Origin: an uncultured Candidatus Saccharibacteria bacterium
GTDB taxonomy: Bacteria; Patescibacteriota; Saccharimonadia; CAZBQI01
DNA: 64,000 nt
Assembly: GCA_964494105.1 (NCBI GenBank)
Contig: CAZBQI010000004.1
Span: 15,810-79,809 of the forward strand
Direction: 5' to 3'
Notes under the pieces: model-generated
The model's database searches: none
Seen by the model: only the letters and a program-made list of their open reading frames with translations
Told to the model about the DNA's origin: nothing
In this document: positions 47,087 through 55,280 of the stretch, in pieces
How positions within the stretch are numbered: position 1 is the stretch's first letter
Layout: each line of letters begins with the position of its first letter
Made by a program: the position numbers and the translations under genes

Positions 47087-48298
47087 ATGATTATGAGAGG
47101 CTCAGTAGGTCTAGACAGGCATTTTATACGTTGGAATTGGATGAGAGCCGTTCTCCACAGAGGTTGGTGGTTAGTTACGAGCATATATCTGGTTGTAAAT
47201 GCGAATCTATCACCCTCCCAGCTGCTGCTGATAGGTGTTGCGCAAGGAATTATTGCGTTAATCTTTGAGGTTCCTGCAGGCGTAATGGCAGATACAATTA
47301 GTAGAAAATGGTCTATCATTGTTTCTCATTTATTGATGGGAACTGCGATGATACTCACAGCTTTAACGAAAGACTTCGGACTTATAGTTGCTACCCAAAT
47401 GTTGTGGGGTATTTCATGGACGTTCTCTAGTGGTGCTGACGTCGCTTGGATTACAGATGAGTTAAATGAGCCACAGCTGACATCAAGGGTATTGGTTCGC
47501 TCTGGCAAAGCTCAACTGACAGGTACGGCAGTCGGGCTTATGGGTCTGGGTGTACTGGCTGCTTTAACACAAAACACTGTAGCGATGATAACTGCGGGCG
47601 TAATGATGATAGTTTTAGGATTCTACGTATTTACGCACTTTCGTGAAAACCGATTTATGCCTACACGCACAAAACGATGGTCTGCCTCTTGGTCAATTTT
47701 TACGAAAGGGTTGGGCTTAGTGCGAAGAAGTCGCGCAATATTAGTAATATTTGTCGCCACTTTACTGGTAAGCGGGGCTGCGGAGGTAGGACGACTTTAC
47801 CAAAGGCGACTCGTAGATATAGGTTTAACCACTGACCCTGTTATATGGTTTACAGTCCTGGCAGTGATGGCAGTGCTAGTTGGCGCAGTAGCTTTTCATT
47901 TTGTAGAGAAACATATTGAAGGTGCGCAAACTGCGCGTCGGGGATATATTTTTGCAAGTGCTGTAGGCGCATTTGGATTATTAATCTTAGCAATCACACC
48001 TGAGAAAATTACTGCAAGTTTCGCGATTTTATTTGTCGCTGGGATTGCCACGCCACTTACTGGGACTATTAGTGCGATTTGGGTAAACAGGCAAACAAGC
48101 GACAATGTTAGAGCTACCGTACATTCATTTTTGGCTCAAGCCGAGTACTTAGGTGAGATTCTGCTTGGTATAGTTATTGCGCTAACTGCTTCACAAGCCG
48201 GAATATCGTCGGCACTTATTACGGGCAGTGCTTTATTTGCAGTAACTGGCTTGCTTATTTGGCGTCACGGCTCACTGAAACACACAGCCAAAATTTAG
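47087..48298 (+). CDS. MFS transporter
   Basis: About 12 TM segments; FEVPAGVMADTISRKWS; RATVHS. Confidence 0.85.
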   Translation: MIMRGSVGLDRHFIRWNWMRAVLHRGWWLVTSIYLVVNANLSPSQLLLIGVAQGIIALIFEVPAGVMADTISRKWSIIVSHLLMGTAMILTALTKDFGLIVATQMLWGISWTFSSGADVAWITDELNEPQLTSRVLVRSGKAQLTGTAVGLMGLGVLAALTQNTVAMITAGVMMIVLGFYVFTHFRENRFMPTRTKRWSASWSIFTKGLGLVRRSRAILVIFVATLLVSGAAEVGRLYQRRLVDIGLTTDPVIWFTVLAVMAVLVGAVAFHFVEKHIEGAQTARRGYIFASAVGAFGLLILAITPEKITASFAILFVAGIATPLTGTISAIWVNRQTSDNVRATVHSFLAQAEYLGEILLGIVIALTASQAGISSALITGSALFAVTGLLIWRHGSLKHTAKI

Positions 48299-48428
48299 GT
48301 CAGTAAGCGAAGCGGCCTGGAAAGGGAATCGAGATACATTAAATATAAATTACTAGTAAAGTTATACTAGTAAAATAGAAAGTCCTAGAGTTTCTTAGCT
48401 TTTTACAGTGGCGTGGTAGAATATGCTT

Positions 48429-48800
48429 ATGTTATTTTTTGCCTGGCTTAGCTGGTGGTATACCGCTGGCTGGCTCGAGTGTTTAAAGCGAGTCGAGAAC
48501 GCAGTAAGAGGTGTACTGAAATCATTTTCGGTAAATACACTCCTGCGTACTTTGTTCGCGCCGTGGAAACAAATTGTCGCTATCAAGGATCCAAACGAGA
48601 ATATACAGATGAAGATTAGAGGGTTTTTCGACACCTTGGTCTCAAGAACGGTTGGTTTCTTTGTCAGAATAATAACTCTGGTGACGGCCAGTGTCATGAT
48701 TCTGCTCTACACTGCTTTAGGAATTGCGCTGCTGGTCATTTGGCCTCTACTCCCAGTTAGTGTACCTGCGCTTATCGCGAAAGGCTTTGGGCTATGGTAG
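48429..48800 (+). CDS. Hypothetical membrane protein preceding the Clp ATPase
   Basis: WWY..GW...LLRTLFAPWK...SRTVGFFVR; start at 48423 or 48429. Confidence 0.7.
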   Translation: MLFFAWLSWWYTAGWLECLKRVENAVRGVLKSFSVNTLLRTLFAPWKQIVAIKDPNENIQMKIRGFFDTLVSRTVGFFVRIITLVTASVMILLYTALGIALLVIWPLLPVSVPALIAKGFGLW

Positions 48801-48857
48801 GTGCCAGTCTTGATTATCAAATGAAGTTACATAATTCGTTATACAGAGGCAAAGAAC

Positions 48858-51341
48858 ATGTCTAGTGGGGTAAATCCAGTGGGGCAGCTAAGTTTCAATA
48901 CTGCAAGCGTACAGGTAAAGAAGGCCCGTTTAGCCAAACTTCTAAGTGCATGGTTGGGTTCAGCAATTCTACTTATGGCAGCTTTGTTTATCGCAGGCGG
49001 TATCGGACTGGTTGTTACTCAGGTTTCATCGGGGTATTGGTTGATTAGCGTTGGCGTAGTTCTATTGATGATAGGAATTTGGAATAAATGGGCACTTCAA
49101 ACATTGCAGGGTGATATTTCAAAAAGTGATACGGGTAAACTAGAGCTGATATTGGCTCCAGACGCTTTAACAATTCTTGAGTGGCCAGATAACCCCAGGC
49201 AAATGTGGATAAAATTACAACAGGATTGGCAGTCATTATTCTTTTTGGTGCGTTTTGGGTTGGATCCAAACTTTTTTGAGCAGAATTTAAGTAATAAGCC
49301 AGAAGACATGCAACCGATATTGGCTCAAGCAGTTCAAATTAGTAAAGATCTTAACCAGCCACAGGTTGGTACGGGTGCGATAGTAGCCGCCCTTATGGCA
49401 AACACACCACAACTAGATCAATACTTAGCCCAAATTCATCTTGGTCGTGAAGATATTATTAGTGGTTTGCGTTGGCTCTTTAGGGTTATTCGTATTATTG
49501 ATAACTCAAAAAAGAAAAAATATTTCGGAGGACTTGCTCGAGATTGGACGGCAGGTTACACGCCCACCCTAAATAATGTTGGTCGTAATCTAACTGCCGA
49601 AGTTCAGTCAGGGGCTGCTTATCACGGCGAAACTAATATTCGCGAAAATATTATCGATGAAATGATCAACGTACTGGGCCAGCCCGGGCGCAGCAGTGTT
49701 GCTTTGATAGGCGAAGATGGCATAGGCAAGACACTCACGGTTTTTTCTCTAGCTGAACGATTACTTAAAGGGGAAAGTAAGCGTTTGCAGTATCAACAGG
49801 TCGTCATGCTCGATGCTTCAGCTTTGCTGGCTAGCGCCCAAGGACAGGGCCAACTTGAACAGTTATTGTTGCAGGTTATTAGCGAGGCGATACATGCCAA
49901 GAATATTATTCTGTTTCTTGACGAGGCACAGTTGTTTTTCTCAGAGGGGACTGGTGCGCTAGACCTATCAAATGTATTGCTGCCGGTATTACAATCCAAC
50001 TCACTGCGCATGATTTTAGCCATGAACCCACAGCACTGGCAAAAGATTACGGCCAACAGTTCGTCACTAACCAATCTAATCGCTTACCAGGCTATTAAAG
50101 AGCCCTCAGAATCTGAAACTATTCAAATGCTTCAAGATGAAACACTACTGCTAGAGTATCGAGCTAATCAAACAGATAAAGTTCGCATTACATATCAAGC
50201 ACTGCAGGCTGCTTATAAGTTATCCGGTCGCTATGTTCAGGACCTCGCGTACCCGGGGCGGGCAATTGAGCTAGTAAAGAGCTCATTGAGCCATGCCACT
50301 ATGGGCTTGGTAACAGCCGATTCTGTCGCCAAGGCAGTTGAGGCGACATACGGAGTAAAAGTTGGCCAAGCAGAAGGCGAAGAGAGCGAAAAACTTCTTA
50401 ATCTTGAAGAAGAGCTACACAGACGCATGATAAACCAAACACGGGCGGTCAAGGTGGTTTCAGATGCCTTGCGACGGGCGCGGGCAGGAGTATCTAACCA
50501 GAATCGTCCGGTTGGTACATTCCTATTCCTGGGGCCAACTGGTGTCGGAAAAACCGAACTCACAAAAGCGTTGGCAGATGTCTATTTTGGCGGTAGAGAC
50601 AGGATGGTTCGAGTTGATATGAGCGAATACTCTCAAGACAGCGATGTTACCAGGCTTCTAGATGGCGGGAGTAGAAATACTAATTCAACTTTCTTAGGCG
50701 AAGTGCGTTTACAGCCGTTTTCGGTTGTTTTGTTCGATGAAATCGAAAAAGCGCACCCGGACGTACTGAACCTTTTTTTGCAGTTGCTTGACGAAGGTCA
50801 GCTAACAGATACTCAGGGCCGAAAAGTCTCCTTTAAAGATAGTATTATTATTTCAACCTCCAATGCGGGAGCGGACTCGATTCGTGCACAAATAGAAGCC
50901 GGTAGGCAGCTAGAGCAGTTTGAAAAGCCATTTATTGATGAATTGATAAATTCTGGTCAATTCCGACCGGAATTCTTAAACCGCTTTGATGAAATTGTTT
51001 TGTTTCGACCATTAACACCAGAAGAATTACGAGAAGTTGTCAAGCTACTATTGGCAGATGTTAACAAAACGATTTCAGATAAGCGAGTTGTATTAGAGCT
51101 GACACCGGCTGCTGTAGATATTCTCGTGAACAAGGGCTACGATCCGCGGCTAGGTGCAAGACCAATGCGCCGGATGATGCAGCAAAGCGTAGAGAATGTA
51201 GTAGCTAGACGCTTGCTTACCGGTGCAATTACACCGGGCGAGAAGGTTTTACTTGATGTTGCTGATCTAGAGGTAGAGCAAACAGCGCCTGATGCACCAC
51301 CGCCACCGATACCAAATGTTCCGACTAGTAATAAACCGTAA
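48858..51341 (+). CDS. ClpA/ClpB-family double AAA+ ATPase with N-terminal TM segments
   Basis: GEDGIGKT/LFLDE and GPTGVGKTE/FDEIEKAH; RPEFLNRFD; GARPMRR. Confidence 0.9.
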   Translation: MSSGVNPVGQLSFNTASVQVKKARLAKLLSAWLGSAILLMAALFIAGGIGLVVTQVSSGYWLISVGVVLLMIGIWNKWALQTLQGDISKSDTGKLELILAPDALTILEWPDNPRQMWIKLQQDWQSLFFLVRFGLDPNFFEQNLSNKPEDMQPILAQAVQISKDLNQPQVGTGAIVAALMANTPQLDQYLAQIHLGREDIISGLRWLFRVIRIIDNSKKKKYFGGLARDWTAGYTPTLNNVGRNLTAEVQSGAAYHGETNIRENIIDEMINVLGQPGRSSVALIGEDGIGKTLTVFSLAERLLKGESKRLQYQQVVMLDASALLASAQGQGQLEQLLLQVISEAIHAKNIILFLDEAQLFFSEGTGALDLSNVLLPVLQSNSLRMILAMNPQHWQKITANSSSLTNLIAYQAIKEPSESETIQMLQDETLLLEYRANQTDKVRITYQALQAAYKLSGRYVQDLAYPGRAIELVKSSLSHATMGLVTADSVAKAVEATYGVKVGQAEGEESEKLLNLEEELHRRMINQTRAVKVVSDALRRARAGVSNQNRPVGTFLFLGPTGVGKTELTKALADVYFGGRDRMVRVDMSEYSQDSDVTRLLDGGSRNTNSTFLGEVRLQPFSVVLFDEIEKAHPDVLNLFLQLLDEGQLTDTQGRKVSFKDSIIISTSNAGADSIRAQIEAGRQLEQFEKPFIDELINSGQFRPEFLNRFDEIVLFRPLTPEELREVVKLLLADVNKTISDKRVVLELTPAAVDILVNKGYDPRLGARPMRRMMQQSVENVVARRLLTGAITPGEKVLLDVADLEVEQTAPDAPPPPIPNVPTSNKP

Positions 51342-51363
51342 TGTTACTTAGACTTTAAAGACA

Positions 51364-52434
51364 ATGGATGTAGCCCTAATAATAATTATAGTTTTTCTGC
51401 TTGCAGCGTTAATATTTATCGCGACGCGCCAAAATCAAAAACCCGAACTAGACAAAGCCCTGAACCAGCTATTAGAAAAAAGCGAAGAGCAGCGCCTAAA
51501 GAATAAAGATGAGGTAAATGGCTCGGTTAAAGACATGCTAGAGAATAATCAGAAACAAGTTGATCTAATTGTACGACAATTGCGAGAACAGTTGAAAGAT
51601 AGCCAAGGAGACGTAAAGTCACTTAAAGAGCAGGGCGCAGCATTGCACCAGGCGGTTGCTGATACTCATAAAGTAACTGAAGATTTACGCACTTCAACCG
51701 AAGGTTTGCGGAGCTTACTTTCAAATAATCGCCTTCGAGGCGAATGGGGTGAGCAAGTGGCTGAGGAGTTGTTAGTTTCCTCAGGGTTTGTGCTTAACAA
51801 AACATACACTAAACAAAGCAATACAAAAGAAGGCCGACCGGATTACACAGTACTTATGCCGGATGGGACCAAGCTTAATGTTGATGTAAAATTTCCTTAC
51901 GATGGTTTAGTCGAGTACCAAGAGGCCAAAACAAATACCGAGAAAAAGACAGCCCTCAAAAAATTTGAGAATGCCATTAAGAACAAGGTTAAGGAGATTA
52001 CCACTAAGGACTACATTAACCCAGAGGACCAGACTATGGATTTCGTGGTGATGTTTATTCCTAACGAGATGATATTTAGTTTTATTTACGAAAAACTGCC
52101 GGTAATAAATGATTACTGCTCACAGAGGAAAGTGGTGATGGCTGGACCATTCGGCTTTACGGCACTACTGCGAATTATATTTGCCGCCTATAAGAACTTT
52201 CAGTACGAGAGGGGCTTACAGGATATTTTGGGTCTAATTGAGAAGTTTCAGAGTGAGTATGAGAAATTTGGCGATAGCATGACTCGCTTAGGTGCTCAAA
52301 TTGAAACCACGCGTAAAACGTTTGGCGAAGTTGAAACAACTCGCCATCGCCAATTGACCAGAGTTGTTGATAAAATAGGTGAGTATTCAAAGAACGAACA
52401 GCAGTTACTCGACAAACCTAAGGAGGATAGGTAA
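51364..52434 (+). CDS. rmuC: DNA recombination protein RmuC
   Basis: RGEWGE, RPD, DVKFP and DFVVMFIPNE. Confidence 0.9.
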   Translation: MDVALIIIIVFLLAALIFIATRQNQKPELDKALNQLLEKSEEQRLKNKDEVNGSVKDMLENNQKQVDLIVRQLREQLKDSQGDVKSLKEQGAALHQAVADTHKVTEDLRTSTEGLRSLLSNNRLRGEWGEQVAEELLVSSGFVLNKTYTKQSNTKEGRPDYTVLMPDGTKLNVDVKFPYDGLVEYQEAKTNTEKKTALKKFENAIKNKVKEITTKDYINPEDQTMDFVVMFIPNEMIFSFIYEKLPVINDYCSQRKVVMAGPFGFTALLRIIFAAYKNFQYERGLQDILGLIEKFQSEYEKFGDSMTRLGAQIETTRKTFGEVETTRHRQLTRVVDKIGEYSKNEQQLLDKPKEDR

Positions 52435-53423
52435 TGGCAAAAAGACGCGTCGTATCAGGTATTCAGCCGAGTGGCGATATTCATCTTGGGAATTATTTAG
52501 GGGCAATTAAGCGCTGGGTGGCAGAACAAGATGAAAAAGAGAACTTCTATTTTATCGCCAACCTGCATGCACTTACTACGAAAAGCAATATTCGTGACCT
52601 GCGAGATAACACTCACAAAACTCTTTCGTGGCTACTTGCGACAGGACTTAAGACCAGTAAATCAACCTTATACGTTCAATCTCAAATACCTGAGCACTCT
52701 GAACTTTGCTGGATATTAAACAACTTTGTCACTATGGGGGAGTTGTCAAGAATGACTCAATTCAAGGACAAGAACAAACGCCTTGGTGCAGATGGTCAGC
52801 TAGTGGGATTGTTTGATTACCCGGTTTTGCAAGTTGCCGATGTGCTTCTTTATGATGCAGATGAGGTACCTGTTGGTAGAGATCAAAAACAACATGTAGA
52901 ACTAATGAGAAATATTGCTGCGCGATTCAATAAGCAGTACGGTGAGGTCTTTAAGCTACCAAAACCCGATATTCAAGAAGTTAGTGCATCAATAATGAAC
53001 CTCAAGGATCCCGCCAAGAAGATGAGCAAGAGCGATTTTGATCAGGGCGGAGTAGTATCTCTTGCCGATGACGAAGAGGCGATAAGAACGAAGATTCGCA
53101 AAGCAGTTACCGATACGGGAAACACTATAAAAGTTGCAGAGGATAAGCCTGCCATTTCAAATCTTATGAGGATTTTCGCGCTCTTAGGTAACTACAGTGT
53201 GTCCGAGGTAGAGTCTCGGTATGCGGGCAAAAGCTATGCAGAATTTAAAAATGATTTGGCTGAACTCACAGTAGAAGTGATAAGACCTATAAGGGCAAGG
53301 TATAACGAGTACATGACTAATACGGCTGCACTAGACAAAGAAATTGTAACGACACAAAAAGCTGCTCAAGGCATCGCCACTAAGAAGATGACGCAAGTAA
53401 AGGCAGTGCTCGGCCTAGCCTAA
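52434..53423 (+). CDS. trpS: Tryptophanyl-tRNA synthetase
   Basis: SGIQPSG.IHLGNYLG, VPVGRDQ and KKMSKS. Confidence 0.97.
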   Translation: MAKRRVVSGIQPSGDIHLGNYLGAIKRWVAEQDEKENFYFIANLHALTTKSNIRDLRDNTHKTLSWLLATGLKTSKSTLYVQSQIPEHSELCWILNNFVTMGELSRMTQFKDKNKRLGADGQLVGLFDYPVLQVADVLLYDADEVPVGRDQKQHVELMRNIAARFNKQYGEVFKLPKPDIQEVSASIMNLKDPAKKMSKSDFDQGGVVSLADDEEAIRTKIRKAVTDTGNTIKVAEDKPAISNLMRIFALLGNYSVSEVESRYAGKSYAEFKNDLAELTVEVIRPIRARYNEYMTNTAALDKEIVTTQKAAQGIATKKMTQVKAVLGLA

Positions 53424-53548
53424 CACCTTAAGTGTTGTAATATTTATAACATAAGCGTATTGACTTACGTTAAAGCTTATGCTAAGTTAGAACTTGTAAG
53501 CATAAGTTATTACAACTTACAAAAACAAAAATCTTATCTTACATTTTT

Positions 53549-53746
53549 GGGGTGTGGCAGACTTGAGCTGAACTATTTACCTGCATGTGTAGTAGGCGAG
53601 GTTCAACTTTGGTTTGCCTTACCGCAAGGTAAGGTACTCGATAAGAATCCACGTGGTCGTTTTGCTGCTGCCGCGCGGAGTCTTCAGCGGTGAAACGACA
53701 AGCGCTATTCAATTGATTATTTGGGCGGATTTGTCGTTTTGCCACC
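53549..53746 (+). ncRNA. Unassigned structured RNA candidate
   Basis: Closing stem GTGGCAGAC/GTTTTGCCAC; GCAA tetraloop hairpin; further stems; upstream promoter and downstream terminator. Confidence 0.55.
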
Positions 53747-53759
53747 TAGTACTTAAACT

Positions 53760-53805
53760 AACTCTCCCAAGGAAAAGCTATTGCTCTATTCTTGGGAGAG
53801 TTTTT
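53760..53805 (+). terminator. Intrinsic terminator
   Basis: AACTCTCCCAAG/CTTGGGAGAGTT followed by TTT. Confidence 0.75.
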
Positions 53806-53839
53806 ATTTGGTCATGGTATTTATGGCATACTAGTTTAT

Positions 53840-54217
53840 ATGAGAAAATTCTCTGAATTCACAATACATAGCATAGTTGGGCTGACGGTATTGATAGGCG
53901 CTTTGTTAGGGGTAAGCCTGTTTATTTCTAATCCTGATCGCCTAGGTCCATTCGGTATAACTCTATGGCTTGTGGGATTCTGGTTGTTTTTGAGCGGACT
54001 TTTTGGTTTGATTCGTTTGGGTTTGGGGTATGTTTTACGTTTCAAGCAAAAGGGCTCACGTGCGACAAGTTTTCGTCAGGGGGCATTAGTTGCTGCTTGG
54101 GCAGTCTCTTTACTGGCCTTTCAGAGCTTAGGACAGCTGGGAGCAAAAGACGTTGTACTGGTGAGTATACTGGTGTTGCTCGTAGAGTTCTATGTACGCC
54201 GAACTTCGGCAAGCTAG
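53840..54217 (+). CDS. Hypothetical 4-TM membrane protein
   Basis: Hydrophobic ORF; SFRQGAL...LQ-type motif; likely ATG at 53840. Confidence 0.7.
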   Translation: MRKFSEFTIHSIVGLTVLIGALLGVSLFISNPDRLGPFGITLWLVGFWLFLSGLFGLIRLGLGYVLRFKQKGSRATSFRQGALVAAWAVSLLAFQSLGQLGAKDVVLVSILVLLVEFYVRRTSAS

Positions 54218-54248
54218 GCGGTCTCTCTCGTGTATAATGTCAATAAAT

Positions 54249-55280
54249 ATGAGTTACAGCCACAAGATAATCGCCGACACCTTTAGCAAACTTAAAATAC
54301 AGCTGGAAAGAAACCCGGGAGCTAACCCCTTGCGTGCTCCAGAATTCAAGGCTCTAGCGGCCATGATCCCAAAACTACCATCTGATCAGCGAGCGAGCTT
54401 CGGCAAAGAGCTCAATCAGTTAAAGGCCGAAATTGAAGAAATTGTCTTGGTTAACGATAATAGTCAAGAAGATCTTGAACCCATCGATATTACAGCTCCT
54501 TTTGACGTAAATACACCAATAAATAAGCGTCCCGGTTTGCTAAATAGCGCCACAGGTAGTAGGCATCCGCTGATGAGCGAAATTGAATTAATATCTGATA
54601 TCTTTGCGCGGATGGGATTTGTGTCTGAGGAGTCTCGCTGGCTGGATGACGAGCATCATATGTTTGATACGCTCAATTTTCCCACAGGACACCCCGCTAG
54701 GTATGAATACGATACCTTCACTACCATAGATGGCCTGCTAGCGCCGGCACACACCAGTACTATGCAGAACCGCATGCTTAAGAAGTATAAACCTAATCTG
54801 GTGGACGGTAAGCCAATAGCCGTACTTATACCAGACCGCGTATATCGCAATGAGGATGTTGATGCTCGGCACGATCACACCTTCTATCAGTACGAGGGGA
54901 TTTATGTAGACAAAGGGGTAAATGCCGGCATGCTGATTGCCACACTTAAAGCGTTTTTTCAGGAATATTATGGCAAAGAGCTAAACGTTCGAATTCAACC
55001 GTTTTATTTTCCTTTTACTGAGCCGAGTTTCGAATTTATTAGTAGTTGTGTTTTCTGTAATCAAAAAGGCTGTAGCATCTGTAGTCACACTGGCTGGATT
55101 GAGCTTGGGGGCTGCGGGATGATTCACCCGAACGTTCTTAAAATGGGTGGTATTGATCCGGAAAAATATACTGGCTTTGCTTGGGGCTTTGGGGTAGATA
55201 GAACTGTAATGTTGAAACACGGCATAGAAGATGTCAGGCATTTTGAGAGTGGTAGACTAGATTTCCTGAGGCAGTTTTAA
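54249..55280 (+). CDS. pheS: Phenylalanyl-tRNA synthetase alpha subunit
   Basis: HPAR, HTSTMQ, YFPFTEPS, GCGMIHP and GFAWGFG. Confidence 0.96.
   Translation: MSYSHKIIADTFSKLKIQLERNPGANPLRAPEFKALAAMIPKLPSDQRASFGKELNQLKAEIEEIVLVNDNSQEDLEPIDITAPFDVNTPINKRPGLLNSATGSRHPLMSEIELISDIFARMGFVSEESRWLDDEHHMFDTLNFPTGHPARYEYDTFTTIDGLLAPAHTSTMQNRMLKKYKPNLVDGKPIAVLIPDRVYRNEDVDARHDHTFYQYEGIYVDKGVNAGMLIATLKAFFQEYYGKELNVRIQPFYFPFTEPSFEFISSCVFCNQKGCSICSHTGWIELGGCGMIHPNVLKMGGIDPEKYTGFAWGFGVDRTVMLKHGIEDVRHFESGRLDFLRQF

Noticed and set aside
53549-53746. T-box for pheS, SRP RNA or raiA-motif RNA
   Set aside because: There is no T-box consensus or SRP GGAA-loop helix. Short raiA-like words appear, but not convincingly or in the order I recall, so the RNA is left unassigned.
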